Shown one piece after another: positions 31,636 to 43,000 of a stretch of 64,000 nucleotides of DNA. Origin of the DNA: a virus (Duplodnaviria; Caudoviricetes); the IMG/VR virus record IMGVR_UViG_3300012983_001373, positions 39,621-103,620 of that record, one strand, 5' to 3'. The notes under the pieces were generated by a model that did no database searches, was not told the origin of the DNA, and saw only the letters and a program-made list of their open reading frames with translations. The first letter of the stretch is position 1. Each line of letters starts with the position of its first letter. The translations under genes and the position numbers were made by a program.

Positions 31636-31650
31636 CTAATTGTATATTAC
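31636..31650 (-). promoter_or_regulatory. Putative phage late promoter motif GTAATA-N6-TAG
   Basis: Minus strand GTAATAtacaatTAG, between a terminator and the RBS. Confidence 0.6.
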
Positions 31651-31651
31651 T

Positions 31652-31687
31652 AAAACATAAAACCCCTTCTCATAAGAGAAAGGGCTT
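31652..31687 (-). terminator. Intrinsic terminator
   Basis: Minus strand GCCCTTTCTC-ttat-GAGAAGGGGT followed by TTTATGTTTT. Confidence 0.75.
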
Positions 31688-31691
31688 ATAA

Positions 31692-34600
31692 TTATACTTC
31701 TGGATACACGTTAATCATACATTTATCTCCACTCATTTTATAAGTAAATACTTCTTTTCTAGAACCGTTCTTAGTCCAATAAATAGCTGATTGAATTGAC
31801 TTAACCGCGTTCTCTAATGCTGTAGCATCATCAGATGATATAACAAACCAGAATCCAGTATTCTTCCATGTATTAGGATCATTAAGACGAGCGCCACTTA
31901 AAAATGCTACTTCTTTTTTCTTTAAGTGTTCATCGTTTAATATTAGCTTTAATACATATAAAGCATCTTCTTGTATCATAGGTAAGTCCATTATAGGGAA
32001 ACTAGCTAATGCATTATTCTTAGTGTAATTATCTACACCCATATAACGAATTATACGAGAACCAGATTCAAATGGAAGAGTTACTTTTACGTTACCTTGA
32101 CTGTGTGCTATAGTTAAACGTTTTACAACAGGATGGGAACCAGCCACTGCCTTTTTGATATCTGGATCATCTTCTATAGGATATAAGTCTAATACATTCT
32201 TATTAGAATAGATAGATGTTATATTATATTTTGATTTACCTGTAGTATCAGTTGCTGTTTTAATTCTTTCTTCGTTAGTTAATTTATAAGGAGAAATAAA
32301 TAAATTTTCATAACGTTTATAAGTTGGGTCTGAACCTTTTTTGGTATCCAAAGTTGCTAATCTATATTTAGTTTTTAGTGTTTGTATAGTAGCAGAACGA
32401 CCACTGAAATCTTTTGATACTTCACCATATAAGTCTTGAAGTAATGCTTCTGTTTGTCCTTTAGATTCTACATTTTCTAAGTACTCTTGATCTACATTTA
32501 AAGTTGTTAACGTGTTAGACCAATTAAGAAGAGTTTTATTATATTCATCTCTATCTACAAATAAGTTAGTTAAATATTTTCCTCCTCCCCATAAAGAATC
32601 ATCTAACCATCCTACACAACTTGCTATCATACCTTGAACTGAATCTTTTGCATCTTCTTCTGAATAGTCGTATCCAACTACAGAGCCTTTATGTCCAGCC
32701 ATACCTGCAATTAATGGTCTTTGATTTTTAAATACAGGATAAACATCTAATACTTGAGTATTTCTTATCCAACGAGTTATATACGATTTAGCATTCTTAC
32801 CTGCTACATATATAACTGCTGCTAATGCTGCCGTTGAAACCAACGCTGTTCCTGATATACTACCGACAATACTCGATATTGCAGTTTTAAATGAACCGCC
32901 TGCTACTGCTGGAGCTGGTAATAATCCTGCTACTGGACCACTTCCTAGAGCAGCCACCGCTGCTGATTCAGTTGCTCCTGCTGCCATATATTTAGATATG
33001 ACACCTGCTGCTGCTCTTAGTAATTTAGAATCTATACGAGCAAGTTTTTCTATTATAGCTAAACGAGTTCCTACAGCAGCAACACAACTTGCTGAAACTC
33101 CACCGAAACAAGATTGACGCGCACCTTCATGTCCATCTTCTGATCTTACTATTACATCTGGGTATATAGTAGTAGTAAAACCTGTTTGAGCATTCATAGA
33201 ATAAACTACACCTTCAACTTCCATTTGTCCTACCATATCTTCATATGCATCATTGATAGATATTCTATCATAAGGCTTAACTGAAGGATCTCCTATTACA
33301 CATATTTCACCTACATACATTCCCATTACAGATTCTCTTAATGCATTCATTGTAACTCTTTCAGCTAATGATTTATTAACTTTATTTGTCTCAGCGTCCA
33401 TGTTCCATTCTTCAGAGAAATAAGTTATAAATGGTATATCTATACCGCCATTACCAACACCAACCAATCTAGTATCAACTGTCATTGATTTCTGATATTC
33501 AGGATAAATATTTATATCAAGATACATTGGCCCAACTGTTTTTGATTCTTGACCCCACCATAACCAGTCAGAACCTTCCCATATACCAGTAGCATTAGTT
33601 TTCATATTCTTTTCTGATGCCTTAATAGAATTATAAACTATATCTGTATAAGAATCATAATAATGGAACTGTTGGAATGGTTTACGTTTTTCAACATACT
33701 TACCATCCTTCATATTATATTTAAATGCATAATAGTGATTAGGCTTACCTAAGAATACTGTACTACGGAATCCAAAGTCTCTGATTGCCCCAATATAACC
33801 ATGGCCACAATATGCACATAATTGAAGTACGTCCCAGAAAGTTTTATCTTGTAAGTTTGTATTAACAGTAGGTGCAATTTGTGTATTTGTTTCAGAAGGA
33901 TATAGTTCATTTACACCTGCCAATAAAGTACCATCAACAACCTCATATAAATTTTGCACTAATTCACTCTCTTCAAAGATGTCTCTAAAACGTCGGTCTC
34001 CAAAATGGAAGATACCGAACGGGTTATCAGAATAGAATCGACCGCTTGACCAATCGCGCGCGACCGTTTTAAATACTCCACCGTGTTGAGCTGTTAATAA
34101 CTGTACTAATAAATTACGAGGAGTTAAACCACCACGAGCCATTGAACCACGTAGGTCTTTAAATAAAGTCGTCCATGATTGTGATTCGATTATATTAGTT
34201 GCATCAGCTTCTCCTAATGCATTAAGTGGATTCATTAATTCATGTCCATCACCTTGAGCGACAATAGAAACAACATCTCCTACATCTACTTCAGCTATCT
34301 TACCATTGAACACTGTAGGAAGTTTAGATGCGTTTGCTCCGTATCCCATTCTAACATGTATTCTTATACCTGGTTGTAATACGACAGTGTCACCTATTTC
34401 TTTTCTTATACGAATAGCATCTTCTTTTTTAACATAAGTCTTAGGTGAGAATATACTTGTAAACACATCTTTTATAGTATATGTATCTACATATTGTTCT
34501 CTTGTAGTATTATCATAAGCATTTGCATAAGATGCAAACATGTTTGACATTGTAAACATGCAAGTATCTGCAGGCATCTTTCTAGTTTTTGTTACTGTTA

Positions 34601-37600
34601 AATCTGATATTGCTGACATATTATAGAAGTTATCAAATAACTTCCAAGAACCAATCTTACGTCCTTCATCTATAAATGTTATATAATAAGTTGGGAACGC
34701 TCTAAGCAATCTACCACGTTTATCATTAATTAGCATATCATAAAAACTATGAAGTGTATAAGCCTGTACGTCTTCAGCTAAAGATGTATATGCTTCTTTA
34801 AGTATACTATTTAAAGCTTTTTGAGAATCAGAAGTAGTTGATGCTTCTGCTTTTTCTTTGATTTGTACGTTAGTCATATATCCTGCAGTAGCAGATAAGA
34901 ATTTAGCTAACACGCTATTTGTTCTATTTCCAAATACTATAGAAGTAGTTGTTAGACTATTCAATACATCAAATCTTCTACCTTCTAAATAACTTAAAGT
35001 AGTTTCATCAGGTCCCGAAGGCATATTTGCCGCAGCCTCTAATATAAAATAAATAAGTCTTGCACAAAAACTTTTAGAATAAGTTTCTGGAATATTATCC
35101 ATTATTGCATTTATTGTTTTAGCTTGATTTTCTGTTACTCCGTTTGTAACTTCTATTCTATCTTCGTCAACATTGTCATGTGCTTCTTCGTTAGCTTTTG
35201 TCCCTGGAATCAACCATTCAAAATAATTTGCGCCACCAGCAACTATTTTTCCTGTTCTTTGCCAAAAACTATCGTCAGCCCAGTCTTCTTGTGTTTCTTC
35301 CCATCCACCTTTAAGGAACTCCCACCAACTATGGTTTTCCTCTCCTAGCATAACGTTTTTAGTCTCATCCCAGTTATCTAATATGAAATCTATTTCAGAG
35401 AAATAATAGCCGTCTATAATTTGTTTTCTAAGATAAACTAAAGCAATTCTAATAAATGCTGCAGTATTTACACCATGGTCTTTACATATCTTAGTTTTAT
35501 ATTCTTTAAGTTCTGAAGAGTTAGCTGCTAGTTTATTGTAATAAGGGTCAATGAATCCATCTTTATAGTTATCATAGAACTTGAATGTATTAGAAGTATA
35601 TTGTACTTTACTTCTAGGAAGAATACGTTTTTTAATATCAGTAACAGCTTCTGATCTAATAGCAAACATACCAAATTCTTTACCATATTTAATAGCTGCA
35701 GATTCAGATTTAGCTTGACGACCGTCTGCTGTTTTACATCTAGGTAAGCCATTCTTATTAAATTGATTTGGTCCCCAATCAGAAACAGTATTCGCATCAG
35801 TTTTCGGTTCGTTACCTGATTGAGTACAAGCTGCCGCTAACAAGAACATAAATAAGAATCCTAATGGTCTAGGTTTATGGGCGTCTTCTTCCATTGCTCC
35901 AGTTGTATCCCACATCCAGTTTGCTCTAACACTCTTATCATAATCATCAATAGGACATAATAATTTTAATAGTTTGTTTCCTTTGTCATAATCTTTAAAG
36001 AAATCTTCTGTACATCTATTAAAGAATATCATTAACTCTTCTTCTTCATTTTGGAATAAATGATTGTATTCGCCACGAGAAAACTTTTTATAGTTTATAG
36101 GCTCTGCTAATATTGAATCAATTAATTCAATAGCTTCTTTTCTTTTCTTAAAGATTTCTTCAGCATATTGATTTGCTTTATCAGCAGCATCTGTTTTTGA
36201 AGTTGATAAGTTTGAACTACCGCATTTTTCAACTGCTTCATTTGTACAAGGAGGAGCCATAGTAGCAACGTATCCAGGTTGTATTTCCCATCCTTCTGTA
36301 GGGTCACATATAGTTAAGTAATACAACATATTTCCTATTTCAGCACTATCTTCGCTATATTTAATTTCGTCTCTAGCTTTGTTGCCTTTTTTAGGAACAG
36401 ATACTTTAGAGTCTGCCTCTATATTTGCCATAGCCTCATCATAAAGCTCAGCTAAGTCTCCTTGATTTATTATACTAAAACCAGATGTAGAAGTAACTTC
36501 AGTCGTAACTTCTTGACCTAATGTATCTGTAAATTTAACTTGACGTTTTTTATCTCCACCTTCTTTAACATCTTTTGTATGGAATAGATGTTTAGCAAAT
36601 ACTTCTTTGATATTCTTTTTAATTATTTTAGAAGTATATTCATATCCATAAATCATATAAAAATCTGGGTCAGGGAATATTCTTTCGTTTCCTGCATATC
36701 TAATAAAGCTATAACCTACATTCTTTAATTCTTTTAATAGAGGTAAATCTAAGTCTGGATATGTTTCTGCATTAGCAAGAGATCTCTCTATATCAAAATA
36801 AGAACTTATACCAGCATCTGATTTGTCTGTAGTTTGTTGATTACTTTGTAACTTTTGCATCATTTCTCTTTGTCTCATTGCTCTATCTACAGATGTAAGT
36901 CTCATTTTTATTTCATATAATCCAGGATAACCTTCTACTGTTTCAACAGCTATATTGTCTATAAGTACTTCATTTATACCTGCCATTTGTAAGTATTGAT
37001 TTTTAATTCTTATAGGCCAACATGAAAGAATTCTTCTATATGTTTTAGCTATGTTATATGCATGAGCTGGTAGTGTATTTAACATTGATACCGTTGTTTG
37101 GTCTTCTGTAATTATGCTTAATTCTATAGAAGTATCTGAAGAACCCATATATTGCGGAGCAGAACCGTCCATTATTTTTAATGATAATTCAGTGAATGTA
37201 TTTGTCAATCCTATTGCTAATCCGTTTAAAGGAACGCTTGTTATAAAAGGTCTAAATTTCATTGCAGCAGGATTAGTGTAGTCATATTCATTTGCCATTG
37301 TTTCATTAGTATCGTTTTGAGGTTGTCCATCATAAACATCAGATTGTCTTTTTAAAGTATCTGGAATTGATGTTCCTCCTGTTACTGAAATAGAAGTAAT
37401 TTTTCTATTGTTATCAAATTTAAGTAAAACATCTACTGTTATTTTATTGTCTTTAAATACATCTTTAATTGATTTAGCGCCTATTACATCTTTTACTGTT
37501 TCTTTTATATTTGCAAAATCTTGTTCTGTTAAAGTGCTTTTACTAAGATGAATATCAAAAGACCATTTTAAATTATTGTTTCCTTTTATATCTATTTGTT

Positions 37601-39998
37601 CTCTTAATACAACTTCTCTTACAGCGTTACTAGATAAAGCTGCATCTTCCATCTTCTTAAATAAAGGTTGTATATATGTATCTACGACTGTTTTGCCTCT
37701 CTCTATAACATTTGATTTTACATTCGTAGACTTACTTCCTAATACATTAGTTATTTCATATAGAATGACATTTTCCAGTTGTTGAATTTGCGGTATATAA
37801 CAATCTTTTTTCATCTTATTTATTGTCGCAGAATCAAGTTTTAATTTGTCTCCTAATTTAGCAAGGTCTTTTAACCAAGCTTTCGCTTCTTTAGATAATT
37901 CTATAGCCACTGGTTTTTGTCCATAATAATCCTCATCTTTTTTTGCACTTAATGCAACTTTTAACCAGTCTTCATCAGGTACATAGAATGAAATTTTATC
38001 AGAACCCTCACAAAACTTAACAGGCATTAATGCGGATTTTACTGTTGTGTTTTGTCCATTGTTTTTATTAAAATAATATGTTTCTAAATATTCTTGAGAA
38101 TTATAATCATATTTCTTTAATAAATTTCCTTTGTGAAGAAGTCTTTGATAATAATATCTGAATATCTCCCAATGAATACATTTAGCAAATATAGGATTCA
38201 TTTCAGATACTTCACTTACGTCTGCATCTTCATAATCAATTGGTATGTCTGGCATATAAATTCTATAATTGAAATCTCTTAATGTAAGAGTTGCTTTCAA
38301 TAATCTAGGATAACCATCAACAGTCCCCATATGAAAGTTAACAAGAGTTACTGCTTCTATACCTAAGACATCATTTATATATTGACTCTCTATTGGAAGA
38401 TAAGGAGTTAATTTAAATTGAGCAAGTAAGGCGCGTAACCCATTCATATAATAAGTTCTTTTTGAACCGTTTGGTAATGTTACTTCTGTAGGTATACCAT
38501 TAATACCATAATCATCATAAAAGAATAAATCTATTTCAAGATAATGTTCTCTAGGCCCCATACCTTTAACCATAGAACCTTTACCACGAAGAATGTTTAC
38601 TCTTTCATATTCAACATTAGAAACAGAACGTATGTTTGTAGGAGGTATTAAAAATAAAACATCTCCTAGCATCATAGTACAATTTCTAAATTTTTTAAAA
38701 TCTATACCTGTTATTTTTTTATGAAAAGCATTTCTTTCATTATATGATTTTTTAGATTGTTCTTCGAATGAATCAAGAAATTTTTGATTGTCTTTATCAT
38801 AAGATGGTAAATTAAAATCAGATGCTACGTTTCCATATATATTATTTAACTCTGCAGAGTCAGAGAAATCTGGATTACCTATAACATTATCATGGTTTGC
38901 TAATATATATTTATTTGCATTTATCCATACTTCTTTACCATTAACATTCTTCTTAACATATATCTCACCAAGAAAACGTCCTAAACCGTCTGTACCAAAT
39001 GGACAATAAGATAATCTACTTAAAGGAATATCACCTACAGAATCTTGCCATTGGTCAATCATATCTGCTACAGCTTTATGAACATTCCACCAGTGGTTAT
39101 AATACAGTTTATATTTACTAGAAGTCTTTGTTGCTTTAGTTCCATTTGCATCTAATTTAAGAACTATTTCAGATGCACCACTTAACAAATCTAATAAGTC
39201 GTCTTTTGCTTTATATCCATCTGCTATAGTTCCTTCTTCTGATTCATCTTTACTAGATAGAACTCTATAATAAACATAGCCTGACTTCTTATCAGAAGAC
39301 CCCAGATATTTATCCATAGATTCTTCTTTAGTTATCTCTACATAATTTTTTCCGTTTTTATATAGTTTAACTGTATCGCTGCTATTACGTTTAGACGCTT
39401 TACCGTTTTTGTAATTACAATTAAGAAGTATCGCATCTTTTTGTTTTGCTTCAGCATATGTCATAGTTACTATGTCTTCAGGTCTCATAGCCTGTATAGC
39501 AAAGTGAGGTATTTCAGGAGCATCTATACCAACACTTCTGACTACTAATGTATCTGCACTATTTGTTTTTATTAAATTAGCAATACAATAATCATCAAAT
39601 GAATTATATGTTTTACCATTTAATGTGAAAGAAAAACCTGTATCTAAAGAGCCGAAATCAAACTTCATTGTATCGCCGTCAGTCTCATTTAATATTTTTG
39701 ATCTTTCTTCATAATCAAATCCTTTACATTTAATATAAAATACTTTGTTTTCTGAGTCATATCCAGACTGCATCATTCCTGGCGGCTCCATATAAAATGC
39801 ATTCTTAACAGCATCATCTTTATTTCCGTCAGATATGTCTTTTAAAAAATCTGACATTAAATCATCGTCCATCATTTCTTCTAATGTAGGGACAGTATCA
39901 GATATATCAAGGTCATCATAATCTTTTCTTGACTCTATCATATCTTTATATTTATCAGAAAGAGCTGCTCCAGTAGTGCCTGAATTATTTGTTGCCAC
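31692..39998 (-). CDS. Giant baseplate hub (gp27/GpD-like) protein with an N-terminal thermonuclease (SNase) domain and a late hydrophobic segment
   Basis: 2768 aa, GTG with AAAGGAG RBS. SNase motifs DGDT (aa107), RSVGIDAPE (aa154) and DGLGRFLGEIY (aa337). Hub-like PGIRIHVRMGY...VFNGKIAEV and IGDPSVKPYD...EVEGVVYSM..TGFTTTI. Upstream of the spike, gp25 and J genes. Confidence 0.7.
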   Translation of the reverse strand: MATNNSGTTGAALSDKYKDMIESRKDYDDLDISDTVPTLEEMMDDDLMSDFLKDISDGNKDDAVKNAFYMEPPGMMQSGYDSENKVFYIKCKGFDYEERSKILNETDGDTMKFDFGSLDTGFSFTLNGKTYNSFDDYCIANLIKTNSADTLVVRSVGIDAPEIPHFAIQAMRPEDIVTMTYAEAKQKDAILLNCNYKNGKASKRNSSDTVKLYKNGKNYVEITKEESMDKYLGSSDKKSGYVYYRVLSSKDESEEGTIADGYKAKDDLLDLLSGASEIVLKLDANGTKATKTSSKYKLYYNHWWNVHKAVADMIDQWQDSVGDIPLSRLSYCPFGTDGLGRFLGEIYVKKNVNGKEVWINANKYILANHDNVIGNPDFSDSAELNNIYGNVASDFNLPSYDKDNQKFLDSFEEQSKKSYNERNAFHKKITGIDFKKFRNCTMMLGDVLFLIPPTNIRSVSNVEYERVNILRGKGSMVKGMGPREHYLEIDLFFYDDYGINGIPTEVTLPNGSKRTYYMNGLRALLAQFKLTPYLPIESQYINDVLGIEAVTLVNFHMGTVDGYPRLLKATLTLRDFNYRIYMPDIPIDYEDADVSEVSEMNPIFAKCIHWEIFRYYYQRLLHKGNLLKKYDYNSQEYLETYYFNKNNGQNTTVKSALMPVKFCEGSDKISFYVPDEDWLKVALSAKKDEDYYGQKPVAIELSKEAKAWLKDLAKLGDKLKLDSATINKMKKDCYIPQIQQLENVILYEITNVLGSKSTNVKSNVIERGKTVVDTYIQPLFKKMEDAALSSNAVREVVLREQIDIKGNNNLKWSFDIHLSKSTLTEQDFANIKETVKDVIGAKSIKDVFKDNKITVDVLLKFDNNRKITSISVTGGTSIPDTLKRQSDVYDGQPQNDTNETMANEYDYTNPAAMKFRPFITSVPLNGLAIGLTNTFTELSLKIMDGSAPQYMGSSDTSIELSIITEDQTTVSMLNTLPAHAYNIAKTYRRILSCWPIRIKNQYLQMAGINEVLIDNIAVETVEGYPGLYEIKMRLTSVDRAMRQREMMQKLQSNQQTTDKSDAGISSYFDIERSLANAETYPDLDLPLLKELKNVGYSFIRYAGNERIFPDPDFYMIYGYEYTSKIIKKNIKEVFAKHLFHTKDVKEGGDKKRQVKFTDTLGQEVTTEVTSTSGFSIINQGDLAELYDEAMANIEADSKVSVPKKGNKARDEIKYSEDSAEIGNMLYYLTICDPTEGWEIQPGYVATMAPPCTNEAVEKCGSSNLSTSKTDAADKANQYAEEIFKKRKEAIELIDSILAEPINYKKFSRGEYNHLFQNEEEELMIFFNRCTEDFFKDYDKGNKLLKLLCPIDDYDKSVRANWMWDTTGAMEEDAHKPRPLGFLFMFLLAAACTQSGNEPKTDANTVSDWGPNQFNKNGLPRCKTADGRQAKSESAAIKYGKEFGMFAIRSEAVTDIKKRILPRSKVQYTSNTFKFYDNYKDGFIDPYYNKLAANSSELKEYKTKICKDHGVNTAAFIRIALVYLRKQIIDGYYFSEIDFILDNWDETKNVMLGEENHSWWEFLKGGWEETQEDWADDSFWQRTGKIVAGGANYFEWLIPGTKANEEAHDNVDEDRIEVTNGVTENQAKTINAIMDNIPETYSKSFCARLIYFILEAAANMPSGPDETTLSYLEGRRFDVLNSLTTTSIVFGNRTNSVLAKFLSATAGYMTNVQIKEKAEASTTSDSQKALNSILKEAYTSLAEDVQAYTLHSFYDMLINDKRGRLLRAFPTYYITFIDEGRKIGSWKLFDNFYNMSAISDLTVTKTRKMPADTCMFTMSNMFASYANAYDNTTREQYVDTYTIKDVFTSIFSPKTYVKKEDAIRIRKEIGDTVVLQPGIRIHVRMGYGANASKLPTVFNGKIAEVDVGDVVSIVAQGDGHELMNPLNALGEADATNIIESQSWTTLFKDLRGSMARGGLTPRNLLVQLLTAQHGGVFKTVARDWSSGRFYSDNPFGIFHFGDRRFRDIFEESELVQNLYEVVDGTLLAGVNELYPSETNTQIAPTVNTNLQDKTFWDVLQLCAYCGHGYIGAIRDFGFRSTVFLGKPNHYYAFKYNMKDGKYVEKRKPFQQFHYYDSYTDIVYNSIKASEKNMKTNATGIWEGSDWLWWGQESKTVGPMYLDINIYPEYQKSMTVDTRLVGVGNGGIDIPFITYFSEEWNMDAETNKVNKSLAERVTMNALRESVMGMYVGEICVIGDPSVKPYDRISINDAYEDMVGQMEVEGVVYSMNAQTGFTTTIYPDVIVRSEDGHEGARQSCFGGVSASCVAAVGTRLAIIEKLARIDSKLLRAAAGVISKYMAAGATESAAVAALGSGPVAGLLPAPAVAGGSFKTAISSIVGSISGTALVSTAALAAVIYVAGKNAKSYITRWIRNTQVLDVYPVFKNQRPLIAGMAGHKGSVVGYDYSEEDAKDSVQGMIASCVGWLDDSLWGGGKYLTNLFVDRDEYNKTLLNWSNTLTTLNVDQEYLENVESKGQTEALLQDLYGEVSKDFSGRSATIQTLKTKYRLATLDTKKGSDPTYKRYENLFISPYKLTNEERIKTATDTTGKSKYNITSIYSNKNVLDLYPIEDDPDIKKAVAGSHPVVKRLTIAHSQGNVKVTLPFESGSRIIRYMGVDNYTKNNALASFPIMDLPMIQEDALYVLKLILNDEHLKKKEVAFLSGARLNDPNTWKNTGFWFVISSDDATALENAVKSIQSAIYWTKNGSRKEVFTYKMSGDKCMINVYPEV

Positions 39999-40016
39999 AG
40001 AATCATCTCCTTTATT

Positions 40017-40045
40017 AGAAAAGACGGCGATTTAACGCCGCCCTT
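40017..40045 (-). terminator. Intrinsic terminator-like hairpin between the RNAP-like and hub genes
   Basis: Minus strand AAGGGCGGCG-ttaaat-CGCCGTCTTT then TCT. Confidence 0.65.
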
Positions 40046-40053
40046 AATTTATT

Positions 40054-43000
40054 TTAGAAATAATCATTTAATACGTTTTCTATATCTTTGTCGTTGTATC
40101 CTCCTGATCTAGAAGTTTTAATATTCATATTAACATTTACGCCGCCACCAACAGAACTATTAGCTACTTGTTTTAATGCTTTCTTTAATTGTCTGTTGCC
40201 TTTCTTTGTATCTCCATTTATATTGATAATATATCCTCCAGTATTATTAGGAGTCATTTCAGGCGGTGGAGTACTTCCAAAGTTAAGAGGTGGATTCTTT
40301 TGAGTTTCTTGTGTTATTGTTTCAGCGTTAGCGTCATTTAATGGGTTCCCTGATGCATAACCAGCAATAAGTAATCCTGAAGCTAATCCTAGAACACCCA
40401 TTGCCATATTCTTACCAAGTGAGCCAGAACTGTTCATTACCATTTTCGATATGTTATTACCAACTACTTCGCTTAAAGCTTCAACAGTTTGTCTACTTGT
40501 TAAGTTATCAGCAGCATCTCCCATTGCTCTTTTGATATTATCTTGTGCAATTTTTTGTTCGTTCTCTACAGCACGTTGGAAGTGAGTATTATGTGATTTA
40601 GATGTTTTTTGCCATGTAGCCATTTCTATTGCTTTACCCATCATAGTAGAATCTGTATCGAACATACCTATAGCATCTTCTAAGACAGAATCATAGTTAC
40701 CACTTCTACCGAACTTACCAAATGAATCAATCATACTTCTTGTACTTGGACTAGCTTTTCTATCTAATAAGTGTCCTGATATATCTATGTATTCATTTAT
40801 CATGTATTGTGCTTTTGCTGTTTTATCAGTTAAGTCCATACCAGATACTTGAGTAGCTAGTTCGTCATATTTATCTGCCAGTTTACCTTCGTCAATGTAT
40901 TGAGTCATCCAGTTATGTAACAATTCTCTATTTGTATATTCGCCTTGAACTTCTGCATGTTCTAAGCCTTGTTTCTTGATTCTAGAGAATATGTCTCCGA
41001 ATTCTATTAGTCTATCGTCTCCTGCTTTGATAGCAACCTTTTTAGAAGATATAGGTGCTTGTTCAAATTCATCTGCAACTTTAGAAATTATTGCTGACTT
41101 TCTAAGGTCAAACATTTCGCTGTTTGGATTACCATAATAAGCTTTAGCTGTTTGAGTTATTCCGTATAATGTACTGTTGACATTACCAGTTGCCGCTATA
41201 CCTGTTTTAGACATAGCTTCTGATAAGTAGCCACCAATTTTTAAACGTTGAATAGCTGCATTTTGAGCGCCTTCCATAACTGCATCATCAATACCTAAAG
41301 AATTTAGATTCATATCTTTTAACTCTTGCATAGCCATAAGAGCTTGGTCAAGAGCTTTACCTTCGTTCTTCATTGCAAGTATATTATCTGCATCTCCAAA
41401 CAATTCAGAGTATTTAGATTTGTCTGCTAGTAAATCTCCACTTTGTCTTACTATACCAATCATTTGATTAACAAGTTTTTCGTTATCAGCAACTTCTGCA
41501 AATGTAGGGTCATGTGCTAATGTACTTAAAGTTATGTGTCCTAATATAGAGCCTCCACCATCTACTGCAGATACTACACTTTTTCCTCCTCTTGATATTG
41601 CTTGAGCAGATAATACTTTTTCATTATCTCCCAATACCTTATCAAGAACTTTAGTATTATAATATCTATTTACTCCAGTAGCATCTTGAGCCATTTTAGT
41701 ATCTATACGTTTAAATACATCATAAACTTCTTCATCAAATCCATTGGCAATTGTTTGCTCTCTAATATAAGCTTCTCTTGCATCTCTAGTATCAAACTGC
41801 ATATTGCCCATTGTACTAATAGTTTGTTCTCTAGCTAATTCATATTCTAAATGATTAACGCCTTTATGTTCTACCATAAATCTAGAAACAGAGTCACCGT
41901 CTGAGTCAGCATTCATTTTTAATGCTGTTATCGGAGACATTAAAGTGGCATTTGGCGCTTGAACTGTATCATTTAAATAATGTCTAGTTGATACTAAAGA
42001 ATAATCTCTGATGTTCGGATAACGGTCATCTACCATTACTGTACCTTTAGTTTTTAAATGCTCTATCATTTCGTCTTTAGTCATACCTAATTTATCTAGA
42101 TAATCTTGGTCGAAGAATCCTCTTTTCTCAAATGCTTCCATTGAGTCAAAAGAATAATCTATATGAATACCTTGTTCAGTTAACTCTGCTAAAGTCTTAC
42201 CTTCAAATGTAGCTTGTTGTAATAAAGGATTCTTAGATGTATTCATTGTAGTTAAAATTTTATTTCTGTCCGTAGCTACATATATACGTTGTTGCGCAAT
42301 TTGATGAGCAGCAGTATTTTTATTAGTAAACTTATTAAGTGATTCATTTATTTCATCTATTGTATTTATTATATTTTCTTTTAATTGTGGAGCAAGTTCT
42401 TCGTTACCATGTACAGCTTGATAGTCTTTATATTGGTCAGCTAGTCTACCTGCTAGTTTGTGCCAATCACGTTTAACTTCCCCTTCTGGTAGTTCTATTC
42501 CCATACCAGGAATAGCTACATATTTATAAGTACCAAAATCATCTCCTAAGTTAAGAAGCGTATTTTGTTTAACCATTGAATCATAAGTAGCAGAAGAGCC
42601 ACTACCAAATGTATTAATATATTCCGATGGACTCATTTCTGTGAATCCCATGTCTATCATTTCATCAACAGTTATTGCTTGATTTAGATTGTTAAAGTTT
42701 TTAGCTTTTGAAATACTTCTCATGTCATACATTTTTTGAGCAGAATCAACGCCTAGTTCTGGTGCTAATTGCTGTTCTGTAAAAGCATCATACACTTCTT
42801 TAAGATGTTTATATTTATCTTGCTTTAACATATCTTCTGTTAAAACATCTTCTGTAAGAGGATTATAATAAACTTGGTCTTCTAATTGTTTTCTAAGGAA
42901 TCCAAACGTATTAACTTCATCGCCAGTATCATCTAATGCACCTATTGCAGTTATAGTTTCTTCTAGCTCTTTTCTTCTAATAGGGTCAGCTTCATTTAAC

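Noticed and set aside
29362-39998. Bacterial extracellular contractile injection system or tailocin instead of a phage
   Set aside because: The size, the many fibre genes, the RNAP-like gene, the private promoter motif and the absence of host genes fit a large phage better. Capsid genes are not in the window, so this is not formally excluded.
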